From the human T2T-CHM13v2.0 reference genome, Homo sapiens, in NCBI RefSeq assembly GCF_009914755.1, contig NC_060937.1: 64,000 nt of DNA. The stretch is one strand, 5' to 3'. Numbering within the stretch: position 1 is the stretch's first letter; every line of letters starts with the position of its first letter. The notes under the pieces are model-generated. The model made no database searches, was not told the DNA's origin, and saw only the letters and a list, made by a program, of their open reading frames with translations. A program made the position numbers and the translations under genes. This document shows, piece after piece, positions 22,958 to 37,024 of this stretch.

Positions 22958-24811
22958 TGAAAGTAGGGTGTTACTATCCCCAACTATAATTGTGGATTTG
23001 TCTGTTGCTCCTTTAGGCTCTCTCAGTTTTTGCTTCTTGTATTTTGAGGCTCTGTTGTTTGCTGCGTGTAATTCAGGATTGTTGTCTCTTCTTAGTGTAT
23101 TGATCCTTTTTCATTATGTCATATCCTTGTTTGTCTCTAGTAGTTTATTATGAAGTCTACTTTATCTGATATTGATAGAGCTATATCTTCTTTTCTTTTT
23201 TTATTAACGTGTGCATCGTATCTTTTTTTACCTTTTACTTTTAACTTACCTGTGCTGCTGAATTTTCAGCTAGTTTCTTGTAAACAACATATAGTTTAGT
23301 GATTTTTTAAATTCACTCTGCCCATCTATACCTTTTAGTTGATGAATTTTAACAATTTCCTTTTAAAGTAACTATTAATATATTAGCACTTAAGTTTGCC
23401 ATTTTATTTGTTTGTTTTTCTCACTCTGTCATTCAGGCTGGAGTGTAGCAGCATGATCATAGTGCACTGTAACCTTGACCTCCTGGCCTCAAGCCATCCT
23501 CATGCCTAGCCTCCCAAAACAGTGAGATTACAGGTGTGAGCCACCATGCCCGGCCTATTTTATTTTATTTTCTGTTGTTTTCCTTTTTCTTTTTTCTTTT
23601 TTTTTTTTTTGTTCTACAGGGTACTTGAAGATTTTTTTCATATTCCATCTTTAGGATTCTATTTACAGCATTTCTTAGTATATCTCTCTTATAGTTTTCT
23701 TATTAGTTGCTTTGGGTATTACAATATACATATGTGAGTCATCACTCTCCACTGGTATCAGTATTTTACTTTTCTGTTGTTGTTTTTTGTTTTTAAGATA
23801 GGGTCTCACTCTGCCATCAGGCTAAAGTACAGTAACACAATCATACCTCACTGTAGCCTCCAACTCCTGGGCTCAAGTGGTCCTTCTGCCTCAGCCTGCT
23901 GAGTAGCTGGAACTACAGGTGTGTGACATCATTCCTGGTTTTATTTTATTTTATTTTTTTAGAACAGGATCTCACTATGATGTCTATGTTATCAAGCTGT
24001 GTTTGAAAACTTCCCAAATTTGGTGAAAGACATAAACCTACAGATTCAAGAAGCCAACTGAAACTTAAATAGGATAAATCTAAAGATGTCCTGGCCAAGG
24101 GACATCATAATCAAACTTCTGAAAAGTAAAATTAAAAAAAAAAATCTTGAAACCAGACAAAGGAAGAAAAAGACACACTACCTATGGAAAACTCCAATTT
24201 GGATTTCTTGTCTGAAACAATGGAGGCCAGAAGGAAGTGGCACCACATTTTTCAAGTGCAGACAGCAGAGGCTCATCAGCCATGAATCCTCTGTCTGGTG
24301 AAATTACCCTTCAGGAATGAAAAGGAAATAAATGCATTAGCAAATGAAGGAAAACTAGAAGAACTAGCAGATCTATCCTAAAAGAATGGCTAAAGGAAGT
24401 TCTCAAGCAGAAAAAAAATAATAAAAGAAGGAATCTTGGAGTGTTAAGAAGGAAGAAGGAACAACAGAGCAAAAATATGGATACATACAATTGACTGTTC
24501 TTCTCAGGAATTTCTGTTTATTGGTTTATTTTTTTGAGACAGCGTCTCACTCTGTCACCCAGGCTGGAGTGCAGTGGTGCAATCGTAGCTCACTGCAGCC
24601 TCAAACTCCTGGGGTCAAGTGATCTCGCTTCAGCCTGCCAAGTAGCTGGGGCTGCTGTTCTATCATTTGGAGTGAGGTATAAAAACCACTCTTCCATTTA
24701 AGTTCCTTTCCCTTCCACACTCTTAAATATTATTGTCTCTAGTACCAGACAGTGTTATGTTTCTGTTTCAAGCATCAAATATGATTTATAAATTTCCTGA
24801 GAAGAAGATTC

Positions 24812-25110
24812 AGGCACAGTGCCTCACACCTGCAATCCCAGCACTTTGGGAGGCCAAGGCAAGAGGATCACTTGAGCCCAAGAATTCGAGAATAGTCTGG
24901 GCAATATAGGGAGAGCCTATCTCTACAAAAAATGAAAAGTTAACTGGGTGTGGTGGAACACAGCTGTAGCCCTAGTTACTCAGGAGCCTGAGACAAGAGG
25001 ATCGCTTGAGCCCAGGAGTTTGAGGCTAGAATGAGCTACGATTGCACCACTGCACTCCAGCCTGAGTGACTGAGTGAGACACTGTCTCAAAAAAATAAAC
25101 AAATAAACAG
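24812..25110 (+). mobile_element. AluJ inserted in an antisense L1M
   Basis: TSD aa(t/a)ttcctgagaagaa at 24791-24806 and 25111-25126. Confidence 0.88.
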
Positions 25111-27221
25111 AAATTCCTGAGAAGAATAGTCAATTGGATGAATCCATATTTTTCCTCTATTGTTCCTTCTTCCTTCCTAATATTCCAAGATTCCTTCTTT
25201 TATTATTTTCTTTCTGCTTGAGAACTTCCTTCAGCCATTCTTTTAAGGTAGATCTGCTCATTCTTCTAGTTTTCCTTTATCTGCGAATGCATTTATTTCC
25301 TCTTCATTCCTGAAGTGTAGTTTCACCAGACGCAGGATTCGTGGCTGATGATCCTCTGCTTTCAGCACTTACTTGAAAAATGTGGTACCACTTCCTTCTG
25401 GTCTCCATTGTTCCATATGAGAAATCCAAATGGGTGCTTTCCTATAATTAATGTCTTTTTTCATTTTGTTCCTTTGGTTTTAAGATGCTTTTGTCTTTAG
25501 TTTTCAGACGTTTGATTATGATGTGTCTTGGCAGGGACTTTATTCTATTTGAGGTTCAATTGGCTTCTTGAATCTGTAGGTTTATGTATTTCACCAAATT
25601 TAGGAAGTTTTCAGCCATTATTTCTTCAAGCTCCACGCTTTCAGCCCCACTTTCTTTCTCCTTTCTTTCTGGGATTCTGATGATTCCAGTGTTGGATCTT
25701 TTATTATTGCCCCACAGGTCTTGGAAGTTCTACCCATTCTTTTCAGTCTCTTCTCTCTGCTGCTCAGATTATGTAAACTCTATTGGTCTGTCCTCTACTC
25801 CTTCTATCCTCTGTCATCTGTCTTCTACTATTGAGTTAAATGAGTAAGATTTTTATCTCAATTATTTTGTTTTTTAGTTATATAATTACCAGTTTGTTCT
25901 TTTTCAATTACTTCTTTGATGAAATTTTTGTTTTTTCAGTTGTTTTAAAAGAATCTGTAATTCGTTGTTGAATGTTTTATGATTGCTGCTTTACAATTCT
26001 TACAGATATTATAATTCCAGCATCTGATTCATCTCAGTGTTGGTGCCAGTTGATTGTCTGTTTTCATTCAAGTTGTGATTTTCTGGTTCTTAGCGTGATG
26101 GGTGGTTTTAAAATTATATCCCTTCTGATACAGACATGAGGATATATATATATCCTTAACATTTGATATCTATATTATAAATCTCTGGGTCTTATTAACA
26201 AATTGTTATCATTTATTAATTAATAATAAATCTCTTATTTTAGCAATCAGTCACCCTGTTTAGATTTAGCACACAGATTCTGACCTACTTTTATGGGTTT
26301 TGGTTCCAAGGACAAATTAATTTTTCGAGCTTTTACAGTGTTACTTTGATCTATTTGGTTTATTCTAGTGCTACAAGAACTTCTGCTTGTCTCTGTATGT
26401 GCTGCCTAAAAGGGTGGAAGGTACTTCCCTAGACTGGGCCACCTGGTACCTCCACCTTGAGGAGGGAAGTCTCAGGCCCAGAGGAATGATAAGCCTTCCC
26501 AAGCTGCCTGCTTGTTGCGATGAGATTTTCCTGGCCAGAGATGTCCTGCCTCCTGCTGTCTCTCAGTGGGTGAGGAGAGTCTCTGGCCTAGCAAGGAAGA
26601 GCATGTCCCCTGGCCACTTATTGTCAGTAGATTTTCTGATTTACCCCACTTGCTAATGCCTCTGGGCTCACCTTGTGTTGTCAGTGGGTCTCCCACTTGA
26701 TCCAGCACAGGAATGAGGCTGCCTGGGCTGCCTTCTGTTGCTAAACAATGGTCAGGAAACTCCAGGGCCTGGGTCACATTTTTCTCTCTGCTGGGTAGCC
26801 ATAAGATGCCCTGCCATTATGCTGTTCCTCCTGTCCTGGGGTCTCCAACAAGTCTGTATTCTTTCCACCTTTCATAGGTGTCCTTTGTGTCTCTTATATG
26901 GTTTCTAGAGTTTATAGTTCTGCTTAGAGGGGAGGAGCAGAGAGGAATGAGTGTGCCATACCATCTCAACTGCAAATCTGATCTCCTTGTGGTGCCTCTC
27001 ATTGACTAAATCCTACTGTAAAGGAGAAAGTGAAAGAGGCTATCAATGCAAGACATGAAGGCAGCCTCCCAGAGCACAGGACAGAAAAGAGAAGGCTGAA
27101 AAGCAGATATGGAAAGGCATGCAGAGACTATCCAGCACAATGACCATTATTCTGTGAAGGAAAAATCAAAACACGTTGACATCTACAGAGACTAAGGGCA
27201 TTTACACACCAACACACAACT

Positions 27222-28160
<939 letters not shown>

Positions 28161-28837
28161 ATTTAGGGAAACTACTAAAAGAGCAGCTGTTTAGTCTTTA
28201 GTTTCTAATTCTACATAGAAGGGAAATGGAAAATACAGAAATATTCATCAATTTTAAATAAGGCCAATAAAAAACAAAAGAGGGAAGAGAAACAAAGCAA
28301 AAAAGATGATAAAGATAAAAGAAAAAATCAGTTGCACCATTAGGGCACACAGAGCTTGCAGAAGACCTGGATGAATCATTTGATTCAGCAAAATGCAAAT
28401 GTTTCCGTGAACTGAAGGCAAATCATGTATAATCTGTGCTTTGTGCTCAAAGTACTTTAAAAAAATAAAGCAGCTTTGCTTTCTCACAAAAATTGATAAT
28501 TAACCAGCTCTCTGAAGGATCTATTGATGTGGGTTGGGGGTGTTAAAAATCAATCCCTGGAAAAGCTATTTCCTGCTTCTCTCTCTTCTTTCCCCACCCT
28601 GCCTCCTCACCCCCGTTAAACCTTGGATCTTCAAATCCCTTTCAATCCTCAGAGCCTAGCACTTGTTTTGCCCCAGGGGATAAAATGTGTGGGGGAAGTA
28701 GCAATGAGTACATAAATCACATTTTTACAATAATTTTTCAAAACAGTAAAACAACCAATAACAGTGACTGTGTCTAATTCATCTTCAAATCCCCAGTACT
28801 TACACAATAGTGAATGACACACAGAAGTTATGAATAT

Positions 28838-28983
28838 AAGAAAGAAACAAAGAAACAAAGAAAGAAAGAGAGAAAGAAAGAAAGAAAGAGATAGAAAGAG
28901 AGAAAGAAAGAAAGAGGAAGAAAGAAAGAGAAAGAAAGAAGAAAGAAAGAAAGAAAAAGAAATAAAAAGAAAGAAAGAGAAAG
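28838..28983. repeat. (GAAA)n/GA-rich polypurine microsatellite
   Basis: ~145 bp of almost pure A/G. Confidence 0.93.
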
Positions 28984-30099
28984 CGGGAAGGAGAATCAAC
29001 AAACATTGAGCACGTGCTATGTGCTGAGCACTGAGGAAACATAATTGCAAAGGTGTGGCATTTTATTTATATAGTTGGTTATTTACTTATTTATTTTAGG
29101 CATAGCTTATAAATTGATGGGATCTACAGCTGATGGTGCTGAAGGGACTTAGCTCCATTTGCAAGAATCAAGGAGATTTCCTAGACAAGACAGAGGCCCC
29201 AGGTCACTGTAACCCGTGCTCTCTTTGCTCTCTTTCTCCCGGTCCTCACTGCCTCTTACCCAGCCGCTCCTCACCAGTGTGAGTGTGGTAGGCTGATGAC
29301 ATCTCACCCTGCATCCATCCCACTCTTCCTCTTGCTTAAAGTTGGAAGCATAGCTCCAGCCACATGCCCTCTTTTTGGCAAAGTCTCTCACCTTAGCAAC
29401 ATCTCCATGGGCAACAGTCTTAACTAATTCTTCATTAAGGTCACAGGTTCTTGAGTTTCAAGTCATTTCTTCAGGAGTCAGGAGAGTCTTTCACCAGATG
29501 CCACATGAGAAATTGCTGCTGGATTATATGTCCAAGATGTTACACAAACTCTCACCTTTAAATCACCTTCTCTTTTGATCACAGTGACTAATTAGCAGAG
29601 CCAATGCTGAAATGCAGATCTTCTGGTTCTTAGTGTGATGGGCCATTTCTGCTTTTCACAGTGTTCTCAGATTTTTCGAGTTCAATCTCAGCGCCATGCC
29701 ATGTGTGCTGGCCTTCTGGGGACCTATCTTAACCACCCATCCTGCACTCTAGGATACAACTGAATGGCAACCTTCTTCCTATCCACCATGCAGGCCTTAA
29801 GAATGCTGTCCTATTCAGAGAATGTCATCATGTGGACAAAGTCCTGAGCAATGGATAAGGATGACAACTGATATGACAGCAGGAAGTTTTTTTTCTCAGA
29901 TGAGAGGACAATGGAAACAGGGGAAAACTCTTCTGTGGACATCAGCTTCTCAGCAGTGAATACAAATTGAGAAATCAAAAGAGAACTTTTTTTTTTTTTG
30001 AGACAGTTTCACTCTTGTTGCCCAGGCTGGAGTGCAATGGCATGACCTCGGCCTCCCAGGTTCAAGTGATTCTCCTGCCTCAGCCTCCCAAGTAGCTGA

Positions 30100-30300
<201 letters not shown>

Positions 30301-31279
30301 TTATCTTCCAATAATCATAACTGCCTGGATTATGAGTGTCTCTTTCTTGGCTCTGAATCTGAACCGGGTAATATTTTCTGCTCCATTCACATTTGCTCTT
30401 TTCTTGGCCTTTGAAGGACAAACAGAAGTTTGCCAGGATCAAACATGCTAATCCAGGCAGCGGCAGGGGCTTCTGAGGGGACAGGCTGCCCTGGGAGATG
30501 CTGAGAATGGCTGTTTGATTGGAGTATGTGATGCTTGGGGGAGCAGAGAATCTGTGGAAAGAGCCACCTGAGGGCTGGGCTGCTGCCCAAACTTGAAGGA
30601 CTCGATGAGCTTTGCTAAGAGTTTGACTTTACTCTCCAGGTAGTAGAAGAAAATCAATTTTTAGATTGAGAACATCATTACATTGAGAACATGTTGTAAG
30701 AAAAATGGTGAAAAAGTACAAGTGCTAAGGTAAGTAGAAGCAGGCAGCCGGGCGGCCTGATGGACACCTGTCACAACAGCCCAGATGAGACCCAGTCTGC
30801 ACTAATGCAGTGGCCCAGGGCATTAAGGGAGGGCTGGTTCGAGAGCTACTTAAGCGGAAACATGGGCAGGAAATGAGAACCTAAAGGATGTGAGTATAAG
30901 ACAGAGGTCGAGGACATGAGGTGAACAGTGGTACCTGCACTGAGATTAGATACGTGTACTGCTCTACTCAGAACTCTTTTTAAAAATAGAGACGGAGTCT
31001 CGCCATGTTGCTCAGGGCTGGCCTTGAACTGCTGGGCTCCAGTGATCCTCCTGCCTCAACCTGGCTTCTACTCAGAACTCTTAAATGACTTTTCTGAGTC
31101 ATAGCTGACAATCTGGAACCTGGAGCCCTACAGCCACATTTTTTTCATACTGAAGCAGATGTACTGTTTTCCTACCAAATGACAGTCCTGTGAACTGTCC
31201 TTTACTGACTTTACAGAGTCCTCTTTCTCCTTTCTGCCCCCTAGGTGAGTATATCCTCAAGAATTTACACATCACTCTC

Positions 31280-31329
31280 TGTATTAGTCAGGATTCTCTA
31301 GAGGAATAGAAATAATATGATGTATAGAT

Positions 31330-31372
<43 letters not shown>

Positions 31373-31783
31373 GATAGATAGATAGATATAAAGGGGAGTT
31401 TATTAGGGAGTATTAACTCACACGATCACAAGGTCCCACAATATACCATCTGCAAGCTGAGAAGCAAGGAAGCCAGTCCAAGTCCCAAAGCTGAAGAACT
31501 TGGAGTTTGATGTTCGAGGGCAGGAAGCATCCAGCACAGGAGAAAGATGTAGACTAGGAGGCTAAGCCAGTCTAGTCTTTTCAAATTTTTCTGCCTACTT
31601 TATATCCTGGTCGTGCTGGCAGCTGATTAGATGGTGCCCACCTAGATTGAGGGTGAGTCTGCCTTTCCCAGCCCACTGACTCAAATGTTAATCTCCTTTG
31701 GCAACACCCTCACAGACACACCCAGGATCAATACTTTGCATCCTTCAATCCAATCAAGTTGACACTCAGTATTAACCACCACA
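31280..31783 (-). mobile_element. MLT2 (ERVL) solo LTR containing a (GATA)n STR at ~31323-31390
   Basis: TG...CA ends; 5-bp TSD ctctc at 31275-31279 and 31784-31788; MLT2 hallmark caatccaatcaagttgacactcagtattaacc. Confidence 0.9.
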
Positions 31784-33529
31784 CTCTCTTTTCTTTTTGC
31801 ACTTAGTCTTTCAATAACAGAATGAACACTTAGCTGTCTACATGCCCTGCCCTGTGTTCTCTCCCCCAGTCCTTCATTTCCAAATGCCCGTGAGCCTCTT
31901 GGATTTACACTGTTCACCTGCGTTGCAAACTCAGCATGTTCAATAGGACTAACCATGACCCTCCCCTGACAACTGGCCCCCTCTATCAACATGCCTCTAC
32001 TGTCCACATATCAGTCTTCCAGGCTAGCAACCTTGAAGCCACTTAAGTAATAAAAGAGCATGTGTCCTGGGGTCAGACAGATTCTGGGTAATATATGACT
32101 CAACCAACTACTCATCAGATGACTTTGGCCAAGCTAATCAACCTTTCTGAACCTCCGCTTCTTCAATAGGAAAATGGGGTTGATAGTCCCTAACTCAGAA
32201 GAATGCTACAGAATATCAGTGAGATCCTAAGGGCTGATGGACCAGAGCGGGGCCCAGCACAAAGTCAGCTATCAAGTAACACTGGTTCTCATCTACATCT
32301 TTTCCTCTGCTTCCTATTCAACTGGTCGCCAAGTCCTTTAGTCTCTTCCTACTAAATCCTGGATTTTTCCCTTTTTCTCCATTTCCATGATGAGTCTAGA
32401 CTACATGTTTTCATACCTCAGTTATGCTAACAGCCTCTGAACTGGTCTAACAACCTTATTCTCTCATGTGCTGGTTAATAGCTCATGTTGCCATATTCCT
32501 ATTCCTAAAGCCACATTCCTATTCGTAAAGCATTGCCTTCTCCTCTTAGACGCACTTCATGTGCACAAGTTGGGTACTGATATGAATATTTCTAAGACGT
32601 GTGTACGTGTATATGTGTGCTTCCTCACTCTCGTTTTCTTGTAACTTACATGAAACACAGCCTTTCTTGATGCCTTCCAGCCCCTTAGTGTCCTCCTCGT
32701 AGCAGAGCACAGGGATTGGCAAGCAGTGAGCACTCAGCCAACGCCATCAGCCCTGGGATCGACATGCCTGTTCCTAGAACACTGCTCAATTCACTGCAGT
32801 TTATTTTCTAGAAGATACAAAATTCATGATTTCATAGGATTCCAGAAAATAGCAGTAACCACAGGAAGGGAAAAGGCAGATTATTCCAGAGGGAAGTCTC
32901 CAGCCAGGCGGAACCCATGAGAGAAATTAATGTGATGAAGAACATGTGTGGAAGTTATAAAACCCTGTGAGGTAGTTGCCAGGAGACTGGGGGAAGGGAG
33001 AATGGGAGCTGTAGTTTAATGAGTACAGAGTTTCGGTTTTACAAGAGGAAAAGAGTTCTGGAGACTGGTTACACAACAATGTGAATACACTTAATACTGC
33101 TGAACTACACACTTAGAAATGGTTAGAATGATAAAGTTTGTTTTTTTAACCACATTAAATTTTTTTAAGTTGTTTAAAAAAAAAACACCTCTCTGAGGAA
33201 AATCCTAAAGGAGCTGAAGGCTGGGGAATTAATGAAGCAGGAAGGAAAGCACTCCCGTATTACGGGGTGCACCCTTGCCATGGTGTTCCCATGATAGCCT
33301 ACATTACCTCTGCCACAGAGACCAGCTTGTTGCATTAAGTTTCCTCTCCAGTTGTCTGACTCTCTCACTAGACGAGATGTGTCCTTAAAACAGAAGTGAC
33401 CTGTTTACCGTGGCATCCCCTATCCCTAGCACAGAATAGGTGTTACACAAAGATTTGTCCAATGTGAATAAATGAAGAGTTTGGCATGGTGCTAGACATG
33501 TTCTTTTCAAAGTGCTTTTCGCATATTAA

Positions 33530-34170
<641 letters not shown>

Positions 34171-34590
34171 AAGACTTTTCTTTATCCCCACTTTACAGAG
34201 GGGGAAACTGAAGCACAAAGAGATCAGGAAACTTCCCCAAGGCCAAACAAAGTGTAACAACTTTGTTAAGGAAACTTCCCCAAGGCTACACAACTAATAA
34301 ATGGTGATGCCAAGATTCAAGCCAGAACAGGCCAGCTTCAGAGACCATCCTTTTAACCACTTACCACGCTGACATTCAGCAGATGCGAAATTGGAAACAC
34401 AGGTCAGCTAAAAGTCCAAAGTCAAACTATGAGTGTGTGATGAAGCCCTAGCATACCCTCACTGCTTTCAGGAAATAACTGGAACCTGGGCCGCAAGGGA
34501 GACAGACTGCCTCTGTGTGAGTAACGTGTTCACCAGCTTCCAGTCAGAGGTGGAAGGGCCACACTTTGGGGGCATCTAGAGTTTTTTTAC

Positions 34591-34912
34591 TGTGTGTGTA
34601 TGTTCATGCATGTGTGTTGTGTGTTGTGTGTGGTATGTGATGTGTGTGTGTTTTGTGTGGTGTGTGTGGTGTGTGTGTATGGTGTGTGTATGTGTGTGGT
34701 GTGTGTTTGGTGCGGTGTGTGATGTGTGTTGTATATGCGTTGTGTGTGCTGTGTGTTTTGTGTGTGTGTTGTGTGTGTGCTGTGTGTGGTGTGTGTGGTG
34801 TGTGCTGTGCTGTGTGTGTGTTGTGTGTGTGGTGTCTGTGTGATGTGTGTGTGTTGTATGTGTATGGTGCATGTGTGGTGTGCTTTGTGTGGGGTATGTC
34901 TGTGTGTGTGTG
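34591..34912. repeat. Degenerate (TG)n/(CA)n low-complexity tract, ~320 bp
   Basis: Read directly; source of the spurious Cys-Val and His-Thr ORFs. Confidence 0.95.
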
Positions 34913-35588
34913 TTTGCTTGTTTTCCTCCCACTACAAGAATCTAAGGCCCCTAGGGTAAAAATCATGTCTGATTCTCCTAAATCTCCAAAGCCTGGCAAC
35001 AGTGCCTGGCACAGAGTAGATATTTAGACAAGGGAAGGAAGGAAAAAACAATCTTAAGCCAAACTACCACTTATGGCAACAGATCAATGTCACAGTTCAA
35101 AGCATCTGTAAGCCTATGAATTTCTAATTAATCTTAGAATTATTATTTCATATCTTCCAAACTCACTATTTGACCTTCAGTATGTTTATTACCCTTGTGG
35201 AGCAGGTGATTACAGTAAGAAAACTGAGCGACAATTATCCAACATATAAGTCCCCTGTGTACAGCACAAATATCCCCAGTCCAATAAACAAACGATCCTT
35301 GTGAATATTTACAAGGGAGCAACTGTTATAAAGTTCCAGGGAGTGCACAGTAGCAGCAACCAAAAATTCACAAGTAGAGATGAAAAGTACAAGCTGGGCA
35401 CAGACTGGTTCCAGGTGATAGACGGACTGTGGAAGGGAAGGTGGGGGTTATGAATTCCCCAAAATCTCATGCAGAATATTGTGTACTTAGACACGTGTGT
35501 GTTTTTCTGGAGAAATGATTCATAGCATTCACTATAATCTCAAAGGGCTACTTACCTAAAACAACGAAGTCATAACTGTGACTTTAGT

Positions 35589-35805
35589 ACAGTTGATCTT
35601 CCGTATCCGCAGGTTCTGCATTGGGGGGATCCAACCAATCATATTATTTTCAATCTGCAGTTGGCTGGATCCGAGGATGCGGAAGCAGAGGATACAGAGA
35701 GCCAAGCTCACGTTTTCAACCTGCGACTGCTCGGATTTTGGTGTTTTGGGGGAGTGGGACGGGGTCCTGGAACCAATCCCCTGGGGATATGGAGAGTCAG
35801 CCGTA
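35589..35805 (-). mobile_element. MER2-family (MER2B-like) TcMar-Tigger MITE
   Basis: Reverse complement contains ggggattggttccaggacccc...accaaaatccg and ends gcagaacctgcggatacggaagatcaactgta; an internal inverted copy of the terminus is present. Confidence 0.7.
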
Positions 35806-37024
35806 CCTTTGCTCATCTGTTGGAAAAGAACGTGTTTCTGCAGGGCACCAAATGACGAAGAACTATAATGACTCCTTGCCGTAAACTGAAGGTGGGCTGC
35901 AAGGCTCCGTATGGATGGAGAGAGCAAGAGAAAGGATATAAAATTTGTGAAACACCTAGGAACTGGACAGATGTAAGAGTTTCAGGCAAAATTTGGTGCT
36001 AAGGTGCTAGTTATTTCTATCGCTCTAATTACTGATTTTCTTAGAAGTTGAACAAAACTGATTCTTTTTGAGTATGTCTTTGTAGAAAAACGGAGTTTGA
36101 ATTACATGAGAATGAGGAACAGGTCAGGCCATGTGGCTGTCTAGTTTTCAAGACCTCTCCAGGGCTCTTCACCCAACATACTGAAAAAAACTCTCTTGAA
36201 ACACCATCAACTTTGTTAAATTATTTTTTCAGCTGAAATATACAGAAAACATCTCCAGTTCTTTTCTCTCCTCATATCAAGCAATAATCAAAACCAAAAT
36301 CCTAGACTATTATAAATAGTAGATGGCATAAGATCAGTTTTCTCTTAAAAAATGACCTGGGGCTTGCAGGGAAGAGGTTCATAAGGAAACACAGCAGGGG
36401 AAGAGGGGAAAATTCTAATGTTTCCCAGTACTTTTCCTTACTGAATTTCTCTAGCTACTATATTTAAATTTGGCTACCAGTCATATAAATACAAAAAGGT
36501 AAATAACGTCACTCTACTTTCTTGAGAAAAATCCCAATTCTGTGTAATTACAGGGCAGGAGACAGATTACACCAGGCTAGGGGTTAGCAACTTTTGTTTG
36601 CCTTTTTGTTATCACCTGTCACAATTTGCTGGGAAGGTAAGAAAACACTGCTGTTTATCTGGATTCATGGCAATCTCTAACTTTTAGAAACTTCAAGGTT
36701 TGACTGTGACCATGTTGGCAGAGTCTAACAAATTGCTTTGCAAATGAAGTAGGCGACACTGATTGATTGTGTTTTACAATACACCGCTGGTAGAAAAAGA
36801 AAAAAAAATTTTCTTCCCCTAAGTTGAATTTTAGTTCCACGTATGCTTCTTTCCCAAGAAAAACCAATAGAAATTAGGTCAGTTTACATATATAGGCTGG
36901 CCATAAAATCTGGGAAACAAAGATAATACTATTTAATTTTGTATATGTGGAAGATATTGTTGATATTATACACAGCTGCCTGTGCTGACTTTAAAGACAC
37001 ATCTCTTATGTGTTAATGTGAAAT

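Noticed and set aside
26139-26226. Short perfect palindromes aggatatatatatatcct and ttattaattaataa
   Set aside because: Short AT microsatellite symmetry inside an old L1; expected by chance.
34576-35027. His/Thr-rich and Cys/Val-rich ORFs
   Set aside because: Produced by the TG/CA repeat; no coding features.
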